From Paraspadella gotoi (lineage: Eukaryota; Animalia; Chaetognatha): DNA of 64,000 nucleotides. Positions 41,572-51,618 of this stretch are shown here, one piece after another. Position numbers and translations under genes: made by a program. Numbering within the stretch: position 1 is the stretch's first letter; each line of letters begins with the position of its first letter. Location: assembly GCA_051294375.1 (NCBI GenBank), contig CM119268.1:9545216-9609215 (forward strand). Reading direction: 5' to 3'. Below the pieces are notes generated by a model. That model ran no database searches and was not told the origin of the DNA. It saw only the letters and a program-made list of their open reading frames with translations.

Positions 41572-41906
41572 TCTCTCATCTGGCTGAATGTCATGAAGAG
41601 GGGGACGAATTCGTTTTTCCATCGGACCGTTCCGGAATAAAAAAAAAAACTTTATTCAAAAAGTTTTACAAAGGTGTAGGGATTGGCGGAGGAGGAGGAG
41701 GAGGAGGAGGGAAGAGGGGGGCGGTGGAGGAGTTACGGGGAATTCCAAGGGGGTGGGAAGAGGAAGAGGGGGGCATCCGAGTGGAATCCGATGAATCAGT
41801 CGGAGGAGGAGGAGGATTATTATGCAGAACAGAGGACGCGTAGGTTTCGATCCCGAGATTTCTTCTCAGATCGAAATTTTGGGAGGCAAAGGGAGAGAGG
41901 GAGGAA

Positions 41907-41963
<57 letters not shown>

Positions 41964-42103
41964 TGGGTTATGTGGAACTCGCGCTGAGATGTATAAATGA
42001 TAAGATAGAAACTGAGATAGGGTCGAAGCGAAGGAAGGAAAAGGTTGAGTCTAACGGGTTGAGATTTTGGGGAGAGAGAGAGAGAAAATAAATAGGATGC
42101 TGT

Positions 42104-42168
42104 TGTTGTGAAATTGGTATTATTAGTATAAAATTACCCACTAGGTCATTAAATAAGCTATCTTGCCC
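42104..42168 (+). repeat. Dispersed repeat family copy
   Basis: TGTTGTGAAATTGGTAT...TTAAATAAGCTATCTTGCC matches the 28895 copy. Confidence 0.55.
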
Positions 42169-43578
42169 CTTACAGGCTATAGCGGGATTAAGTTTTACAA
42201 TTTGAAATTGAAATTGAAATGTAGAGACTAGAAGTTTCAGGAGTTGAGATAAGAGTTTGCGGATTTGAACCTCAAGGTTTAAAAAGTAGAAACAGTTGTC
42301 GAGAGCGAACCCTGAGGGTCAAAACAGAATGAAGAAGAAGGGAATTAACTTAAAGTTTTTTTGGTTTTTTTTTTTTTAACCCAGTGAAGATATTCTTTTT
42401 TAACCGAATTAATCGAAATAACCCAAAAACCGAAAGGCTTATTAATCAATTTTGAAAGGAGATTAATTATACTAATTAGAGCAGATTTTGACGACGCGAG
42501 CCCCGGAAAAAATGTCTTTTTCGTTAAGACAACAATGCCGAGACTTTGGGGGTTTTTCTTTATTTTTTTCTTTTTCTAAAAAAAAAAAAAAAGAAAGGAT
42601 TATCACTCGAGATTGCCAATCACCGAAGACGCCCTCCAAAGTGGGAGCTTGAAATCTTTTACTTAACACACGATTTGCATTACATTATTGACTTAAAGAA
42701 ATCGGCCCGACAAAATTTAGCTTTCTGAAAAGACGAATCAATTAATAAATATTTTTACAAAAAAGTTTTGTTTAACCGAGTTTGTTTGTTTTTTTGTTGT
42801 TTTTTTTTCATTCATCGAATTCAAGTATTTTTTATTTCATCGAAAAGTTATGTTTTCACGATTCTGTACGTACATCATCGTGTTTTCGTGTTTTTTCTCT
42901 TCCGTGTTTGTTTATGTTTTCGGCGGAGTATAGGCGAAGGTAAACAAGGGAGAAAAAGAGCACAAGAAAAACCCACCAAAAATTTCGGAAGCAAAAGGAA
43001 CCGCCATCTCGCGACTTTCGCAAACAAAACACGAGATCGAGTGTTGTTTTTTTTTTGTTTCTTATTTTTCTCGTTTAGTGGACGGGAAAAAACGCGAAGC
43101 TTCGTCGCGGTGAGTTTCGTTTCGAATGTAAACATTGTAACTTTTGCATTTAGGAGAAGGCGAGATCGGGCGCTATAGAGACAGAGTGAGATAGAGATCG
43201 ATGGGTCGAAATGGGCCGAAAGGTCGAGAGAAGACAGATGATCTCTTCTGATCTTTCGGATTTTAAATATTTTTGAGGATGCAACTATGAGTTGACCTTT
43301 AGACAATTTTCATGCATTACGTACTTGTTTTTTTTCTGGGATTTCTTAATAAATGATCTTGATCTTGATCCCATCAGGGCCCGGCGGTTTAACCAAGTTT
43401 AACCAAGTTTAATACAACCAAAAAATAAAACCGGTCATTTGATTTTCTTACGTCAAGATAAATAAATCGAAAGCAGTAAAACACAAAACGAGAAGTGACG
43501 AAAATCACAGTAGGAGTAGGACAATTCGAATTTTCTTGGCTTCTGGGGTTTGCGCTCCTTTCTCGAGAGTGATTCATT

Positions 43579-43683
<105 letters not shown>

Positions 43684-44071
43684 GTTAAAAGTAAGAAGGT
43701 TCTTAGAGCCAATTATCCTACGAGTTTTACAATCCCCGATCTCCGACTCAAGGCTAGCGGACTCCACGGGGCTTCGGTCTTTCGAGAGATCGATCAAGAC
43801 GTCGATCATTGCGCAACGACGATGCTTGCCTTCGTGCTTGGCTGCGGGCGAGTAGGGGGCAGCCTGAAAGTGACCCTCAAGCTCGACCCTGTTTTAAGGT
43901 ATACTTTAGATTTATTGGAAAGAAAAAACTTCGTCATTAAAAAAAAAAAATTAAAGTCTGTTCGTAAAATAACTAAAAAATAATAAAGAGCCTTTCAGAC
44001 TCAAATAAGGTATCGCGTTTCGGTAAAAAAAATAAACAAACGGAACGCTCAATCATAATAAACGGACGTGC

Positions 44072-44100
44072 ACCCAATTACGGCCTCACGAGCTATAAAT
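44072..44100 (+). promoter_or_regulatory. Candidate CCAAT and TATA elements upstream of the PP1-like gene
   Basis: CCAAT at ~44074 and TATAAA at 44094, about 160 nt before ATG 44257. Confidence 0.35.
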
Positions 44101-44256
44101 CGTCACTAAAATCTTTTTCTATCCTCTTTAAGTCTTTATTTCTTTTTTTCCGGGAAGACAGACGGAGGGTCGAGGCGAAGGACGACATCTAGCGGCGACA
44201 GGAGTCGACGGAGAGCTTGAGGGCGACGCCGTCGTTGGCGCACTCGAGTCTACGCC

Positions 44257-44887
44257 ATGGAGATGCCCGACATTGACGAGATGATCGAGAGGCTGGTCGC
44301 CGCCAAGTCGTGGTCCAATTTCGGAACAGGTTGGGGTGTTTAAAGGGAGATGTCGACCCTCGAGTTCGTTGTTGTCATCGTGGTCGTTGATTAAGAAGTA
44401 AAATCGGCGTAATAGACTAAAGACGACTACGATAACACTATTTACGTACTAAATTACTATAAGATTAACTAATACTACTTCAAAAAAAAAAGCAAGAAAT
44501 TCAGGACTCAATTACTTATAAGAAAAGCTTAATTTTAATTTTCTACTTTTTTCAATGGATCTAAAAGTTGACGTTAATTTATAAAATGTGATACTTTTTG
44601 CGGTATGCGGCATGCACAATGCGCCCCTTCTTTGGAAATGTTGAAAAAAAGGGAAAAAAGGAAAAAATTAGAAAAAAAGGCTAAAACTTTGATAAAATTA
44701 TTTTCATCCCGATCGATTTTCTATATCAGTATCGGTTTTCCTTTTTTTCCTCCGGTGAATAAGTTTCGGGGGCCCAAGCCAGAGGCGGACGTAAGTTTTG
44801 CATAGGTTTTTATTTTTTTAAATTCTAAATATAACTAATATTCATAATGGTTACTCTCTCTTTCTCTCTCTCTCTCTGTCTCTCTCT

Positions 44888-44960
<73 letters not shown>

Positions 44961-47546
44961 CTCTCCCGTAAAAGCGAAGAAACCCGTCTTTGTGGAACTC
45001 GGCGAACAAGAGCTCCGCGACCTTTGTCTCACAGTTCGAAAAATCTTTTTGGAACAACCCACCCTGCTCGATCTGCGGCCTCCTTTGAGGTGAGGTTCCT
45101 CTTCTTCCTCGTCCTTACCCTCTACGACCGGATCCCATCACCGCCCTCAGAATCTGCGGCGACATCCACGGGCAGTTCCGCGACTTGCTGCGGATATTCG
45201 ACTACGGCGGATTCCCACCCGCCTCCAGCTACTTGTTTTTGGGTGAGGATTGGATAGCGGTTTATGCTGTATGATAGGAAGAGATTAATTAATGGTAGAG
45301 GAAAGATTATGTTATTTTAAAGAAAATGTATTTTACGCAATTTACTTAATGTCAGATTAACCTGATAGTTAACTGGGATTTTACGATCGTTTATTTTTTT
45401 ATGCCTAATTTTTGACCCTTAATCATTTAACCCCCTGACCCCTTAAACCGTTACCCGCTAACTCCTAACCCCTCCCTATGATGTAAAAGATGTAAAATGT
45501 AAAATGTAGCGAAATTACCATTCAGGCGATTACGTGGACAGAGGGCCGCATTCTGTGGAGTGCGTCGCTCTTCTCTTTTGCTACAAAATCAAGTATCCCG
45601 TCGACTTTTTTATGCTGAGAGGAAACCACGAATGCGCCTGGGTCAATAAAGGTCAGTTCCGGGGAATCTGGTGGCGGCGCGCTGAACCCTCACTGACTGG
45701 CTACTGCTTATCTTACATGCTGTGTCATTTAGACGACGCTTAAACAAGAGCATTGGTTTATTATCATTATCATAGTAAAGAGTAACCTTTCCGTACAACG
45801 CCTCACTACCTCTCTACCCACCCACACACAATCTACCCACCCACACACAATCCAACCCTCTCAGAATACGGATTCTACGACGACGTTCGTCGCCGCTACA
45901 GCATCCGCTTGTGGAAGACCTTCGTCGACGTCTTCAACTGCATGCCGCCCGTCGCCATCATCGAGAACAAGATCTTCTGCACCCACGGCGGGATCTCGCC
46001 GGATCTGACCAGTCTCGAGCAGATCCGGCAGCTGGCCCGGCCTACCGACATCCCGGACGACGGTTAGACAACTGGGGTGGAAGGGAGGCGGTTGTTGGGT
46101 GAAAGGGTGGAAGGGGTGTGTCTCGTGGGAGCGAAGAGAGCCTGACGAGGATCTCGTGAAGATGATCTTTTTTTTTTTGGAGGGGGGTTAAAATTGTTTG
46201 GACTTTGGCCGTTTCAGGATTATTGTGCGATCTATTGTGGTCGGACCCGGACGCCGACGTCACCAAGCCTGGAGAATTTCAGATGATGTTTTTATTTTAT
46301 ATATGAAATTGGTACAACCAATATAAAAATTATCCGTTCAGTTAATAACTAAGTTATCTTACCCGTGACTTTGGACAGGCTTTGGTGGTTTAAGGTCTCC
46401 ATCACACTTACAAGATAATAACATAGCAGGACCCTGCAAGCTTTCAATCAAGACTCTCCCACAGACTCCCAGAGTATCTGGCTTCCCTATCAATGAAGTG
46501 GTATTTAATTTTTGCGCATTTAAATAATTGTTGGACATACATTTCACTTAGGCTTATTTAATCTACTTCGAAAAATTTTACGACAACCAATTTATTCGGA
46601 GCCACTATTAAAATTTTAAAAGAATTAAAAAAAGAAAAGACAGCATCGTCTGAAATTCTCCTGGACGACGCGACACCAGGCGGTTGGGAGGAAAGCGACA
46701 GGGGCGTCTCTTTTCTCTTCGGCAAGGAAGCCGTCCACAATTTTCTCAAACGATTCAAGTTGGATCTCATCTGCAGGTCTGTAATGAGATTATTAATGAG
46801 AGCGCAATGAAAACTGTAAATGTAATGGTCGAAATCAAGATTTATTATTTATTTATTATTTATTATTTAGTTTCAGAACTTTCAAAATAATTGAATTGAA
46901 TTGAATTGAATTTATTAAATCCCTGTGACCGAACCTCTCAAAAAAAAAAATTTCAGAGCTTGGTCCCGACCCTTTGTCATGCACGCTTTCTTTATTTTGC
47001 AAGCCTTCTTCAGTAGTGACCCAACGTTTTTCGGAGCCCTTGTATCCAAGCCTTGGGCCAAGGAGTTGGATCTAAATCCCGATCCCACTTCAATCTCTCG
47101 CTAACAACGACCCGACCTTTCCAGAGCTCACCAGGTGATGCAAGACGGTTACAGCTTCGATTTCGACCGTCGAGTCGTCACCATCTTTTCGGCGCCGAAT
47201 TATCAGTGCATGGATAACGCCGGCGTCGTCATGAGCGTTGACGCCAGTCTCGTCTGCTCTTTCAAAATCATTAAGCCGATCGGCGGGAAAAAGGTACGCC
47301 TTGAGACTTTTTACATCTTTGTTTAATGCTATCGATTATTAATGTTTCCATTTCCATCCGCCAATAGGGAACCGGCCACCCGATCAAAGACAAAGATAAA
47401 GTCAAGGCTAAGAAGACATCCAGCACCAATCTCTCGAAAAATAACGGTTAGATGATTAAGTCTTGAAGAATAATTTGATAATAGTCTTTAAGACTTAAAC
47501 AACGACAACGATAATAACAACAACAAACCATGGCTTACACCAAATA

Positions 47547-47631
<85 letters not shown>

Positions 47632-47796
47632 GCTCCAGAAATGTCAGGATGTCGCGACCCTCGAAGCAAATATCTCGACGAGGTCGACGCGGACGTCAAC
47701 GAAAACGACGACGGCGACGGCGACGGCGACGGCGACAGCGTCCGAGCGAGAGACCTGCTCGTCAAAAGAGTGGCGAGTCTCCACGCCTACGAATGA
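44257..47796 (+). CDS. PP1: Divergent serine/threonine protein phosphatase 1 catalytic subunit (PPP family), 10 exons, ~386 aa
   Basis: Exons 44257-44329, 44975-45089, 45151-45242, 45526-45651, 45865-46062, 46218-~46271, 46680-46776, 47125-47293, 47368-47446 and 47639-47796. All introns are GT-AG and phase-consistent except intron 6. Motifs GDIHGQ, GDYVDRG, LRGNHE, HGG, DLLWSDP, RGVSF, RAHQ and SAPNY are intact. PP1-like stretches include YKIKYP, LWKTF.D.FNC and [16 protein letters not shown] occurs at ~47962 and ~47996. Confidence 0.92.
46271..46661 (+). other. 20-bp inverted repeat bracketing non-canonical intron 6 of the PP1-like gene
   Basis: 46271-46290 (GGAGAATTTCAGATGATGTT) pairs with 46642-46661 (AGCATCGTCTGAAATTCTCC): 18 Watson-Crick pairs plus 2 U-G pairs on the sense strand. 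Confidence 0.85.
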
Positions 47797-48289
47797 GGAA
47801 GGTAGAGAGAGAGTGGGATAGCGGGAGTGAGAGAGAGAGCGAGTGAGATACCACGGTTTAAACGTTTCATCGTCGCTCCCGATGTTTCTATGTTCGCCGG
47901 AAACCGATAAAGGAAGAAGACACTTACGTCCAAGTCGAAAAAAAAACGTCGCTGATGAAAAAATAAACCAAAATCTTGGATTGGAGATTCGAGTTGAATA
48001 AAATTGACTCCCTCTTTCTTCATTCTATTTATTTTATAGAGGGAATAAGAGAGAGAGGGGGAGAGAGAGAGAGAGAATGTTTAGTTTCCCTAGCCTCGTT
48101 TTCGTCGGACCCGGATTCGAAGGTCCGGTGATGCGGTGATTCGAGTCTTAGGTGATTCACACATTAACGCTAATTCTTGCTTCCGATTGCTCCACTCTTT
48201 TTTTTTTTCATGGAATGGGAAGTGGCTAAGGGAACGGGGGGTGAGGGTAGAAGTTAATAAGGAATTGAGTAAAACGGCGATGAGCGAAA

Positions 48290-48320
<31 letters not shown>

Positions 48321-48997
48321 AGACGTCCGATTTGCGTCGAATCGCTAATCGCTAAATCACGAGAAAAATGGCGCTAAATTCTAATGTGAGTAGAGTTTCG
48401 TTGGGAGCAAAAAGGGAAATTGTGCGAAGATGCATAACATTAAAAAAGGAATTATATAAAAAAGTAAAAAGTTACGAGGAAAAATAAAGGGAAAAAAAGA
48501 GAATTTGTCTAAGTAAATCGCCCCCCCCAAAAATTTGTATCAGTAATTCTGAGTTCTAGATTAATATTGCTATCAAATACTAAATATCAGAAAGTGAAAG
48601 CAACATCGTTCAAATCTTTGGCGCCGACGCGAGATCTTTTCATTTTGCTTTCCGCGACATTTGGCGACGAAGAAGACGGAAGCGCATTTAGATTTAGATT
48701 TAGACTTTCGTGGGAATTAGAACAATGAGCTTCCACAGAGAAAAAAAAGAAGAAACCTATTAGGAGTTGAGTGGGAATTAGCTGCGTGCTTTTCCTGGAT
48801 TCCGTCAAGGTTTGAGTGGGAATTAGCCTCCTGGTCTTTGAAAATGCCATTTGGATTAGGGTGGCATTCGGGAATTTCCGACAGAAGCGTCTGTCGTAAA
48901 TTTTCCCCTTGAAAGTCGGTAATTGTTATAATTATAGATATAGTTTAGAGAAAGACAAAGTTTATTTGTTTATGTACAAACGATTTATTTTTACATA

Positions 48998-49038
48998 GGA
49001 CATGTTCGGGCATTTAAGTATAAGCCTTCATCAGCGTT
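48998..49038 (-). ncRNA. Degenerate minimal hammerhead ribozyme in the 3' pseudo-LTR
   Basis: Minus strand reads ACG-CTGATGA-AGGC-ttatacttaaat-GCC-CGAA-CATGTC, followed by AATAAA. Confidence 0.55.
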
Positions 49039-49949
49039 TGAAATAATCAGACAAATTTTTCTCTTAACATTGAGTCAGAGAGAGAGAGAGAGAGAGAGAT
49101 TGAGAGAGAGAGACAGAGAGAGAGAGAAAAGAGAGAGAGAGAGATAAAGCTTCCAACAAGGTTGAGATAAGGACAGTGGTCAGATTGAGGACAGGTGAAG
49201 GTAAGGAAGAGAGAAGAAGAGGAAAGTGGTTGAAATGTGAATAGTGGAAAATTTGAAGAGACAGAGAGAGAGAAAATAATTTTACATTTTTGTAATGTAC
49301 AAACAAAGATAAAAATAATAATTCAATAACAACAAATAAATATACTTAATGCTTAAACTAGTAGATTTAACTGAGAATATTTAACTAGTTTGTTAATTAA
49401 GATTGAAATAAGGAGAAAAAGAGAAAAGAAGAATGTGTGGTTAGGGATAGCTAAGTTGTAGAATTAGAGATAATAAAGATAAAGAAAGAGCTCAAATTGA
49501 GCAGCGCCCCCCGGCTGGCAAAAAGCAGGACGTTGATGATATGATCGGGTCATTGACTTGTCATGGGCTGAGAGGGTATCGTCATGGATCGAGATTGTCC
49601 AGGATCTGGTAACGAGCCGCCTGGAAAAATGCCCAATGCCACTACTGATACCTCTGGCCTGATAAGCCTGCCGAAAGTCCTCCTCTCGCCTGACGGCAAG
49701 GCGGGCAAATGCCTGTTCTGGCCCTGCTTTGCTGCAGGTGATACAGACTCCTCTCCCTCCTCCTGCGAGCCGTCGTTTTGGGGCGACGCTCAGTGTGAGA
49801 AGAGTCACACCAAGGTGCTGCAGGTTTGGGAGAGGTATCGTGCGTCCATTGCCTGCTGGAGGCCTCCGTCCTGACCCGTTGAGTGGGGACAGGGGAATCA
49901 CCCCGTGCGGTTGGGGTGGTGCTGGGCGTTCCACCTCATTTTAATTAGC

Positions 49950-51226
49950 GAATCATAGCTTGGAGGGAGGTCGAACGTCCTCCATCACGATTCAGAGAGG
50001 GCTCGAGGGCTTTGATGTAAATCGCCTCTCTAATACCTCTAGTGAACCACCAGTTTTGGTCATGGGCACGCACGAGAGACAGTCAGTTTCTCCTGAACAG
50101 ATGGCCGGAGGTTGCGTGTGTGCCTCAGCAATAGCCGATAAGTAATGACCACGTGGGTCCCGATATGGCTGTTGTGTGCTGTTTGAACCGATCTCTGAAC
50201 AGAGACTTTCCTGTCTCCCCACGTAATGCTCGGCTGTGCCAGGGGTTGGTGATGCCCTTCCCTGCACAGGCCGCCCAATAGACAGGCTCCTGAAGTGTTC
50301 GGGGGGTCTGGGAATTTTAATCTTTCGGTTTCACCAATTGCTCACGGTAAAGAGCCGCGGCGGCCGTCACTGAGGTGGAGATATCCCTGCTTTGCTAGCA
50401 CCCGCACCAATGGCTCAGTGATACCCCTGGTGGTAGGGGAGGGAGACATGGCGCCCACGTTCTTGAGGCGCTTTCTGCTTATCTCCCACTTGCGCTGTGG
50501 TGGCGCGGTCGGTTCCTTCAGCAGCAAGGCCTCGCTCTTCCTCCTGGGGGGCAGAGGTTGAGCTTCAGCCGTCAGCGTTACTTGGGCAGCCCTTGCTGGC
50601 CACTGCCCTCAGCCTGGTTCGGTGGGATCGGCCGAACCGTTGGGCCTTCTCTCAGTCTAAGCCCCACAGAGGGTAACCATTGAGGCGCCAAGGCTCCTTT
50701 TGACAATGCTCAAAGCTCGCAGGCCCTGGAGCTCACGAGGAGGTCGACGGAATCAGAAAGAGCTCTTCTGGTAATGGGACCTGACCTGTGGCAGAGCTTG
50801 TGCGACAAGGGAGCAATGCGACATTTCAAAGGGAATGTATTGATCGGTATGGGTCCGGTTTTTCGGTTAGACTGAGAATTCCAATGAGCGCCGCCCTCTT
50901 TGCGTTGTATGCACACATGAGCATTTGGAATTTTTCCATTCACCTCTTTTTCACACATGTCCACTTGATGCTCGCATTCAAATGCTGTTTCAAATGGGAC
51001 AATAGGGTATCGGACGAGATCCCTTCTCACGGCCAGGATGGTATCGTCTGCTTTCCGATACCAGAAGAGAACTGCACTCTGCCCATGCAGAGATCGAAAA
51101 GAAGAGCCAGAAGCTTCCACCTCATAGTCCATCCATATAAAAATCTGCCAGAGGACTTGAAGTTGATTTTGCCCATCCCTAAGCCACCATCAGCTGGGCA
51201 TAATACTACTGGTCCCATCCCAACCT
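49950..51226 (-). pseudogene. Frameshifted Penelope-type reverse transcriptase C-terminal half plus GIY-YIG endonuclease
   Basis: Fragments across frames: DG.GMG (the QxDGxAMGSP region), FWYRKADDTI (the WxRYVDD region), EKEVNGKIP, THTDQYIPF, GITEPLVRVL, YVGETGKSL..RFKQH (rebuilt across a frameshift) and SAIAE. Many indels. Confidence 0.8.
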
Positions 51227-51570
51227 GTTTAAGCATTAAGTATATTTATTATGTTTTTATTGAAATTAATTTATTCTTTATTACTTTGTTGTACATTAAC
51301 AAAAATGTAATATTTTTCCCTCTCTCTGGTCTCTTCAAATTTTCACTATTCACGATTTCAACCACTTTCCTCTTCTTCCTGTCTCCTTACCTTCACCTGT
51401 CCTCAATCTGACGCATGTCCTTATCTCAACCTTGTTGGAAGCTTATCTTCTCTCTCTTCCTTTTTCTTCTCTCTGTCGTGTCTCTCATCTCTCAGCCCTC
51501 TCAATACTCCTCTCTCTCTTCTCTCTCTCTCTGACTCAATGTTAAGAGAAAAAATTTGTACTGATTATTC

Positions 51571-51618
51571 AAACGCTGCATATGAACAGGCTTTACTCTT
51601 AAAGCCGAAACATGTCCT
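51571..51618 (+). ncRNA. Degenerate minimal hammerhead ribozyme in the inverted pseudo-LTR
   Basis: AAACG-CTGcATatGAac-AGGCTTT-actctt-AAAGCC-GAAAC-ATGTC. The GAAAC half is intact here and the CTGATGA half is intact in the other copy. Confidence 0.5.

Noticed and set aside
43386-43415. Resemblance to nematode spliced leader SL1 (GGTTTAACCAAGTTTAA)
   Set aside because: It is a short local 11-bp duplication with no following donor or Sm site.
46268-46665. Simple precise transposon excision (CCTGGA as target-site duplication) restoring the PP1 frame
   Set aside because: Removing the element between either pair of direct repeats leaves the downstream exon out of frame.
50788-51411. 207-aa plus-strand ORF inside the retroelement
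   Set aside because: It is antisense to the RT remnants and runs into the non-coding repeat arm.
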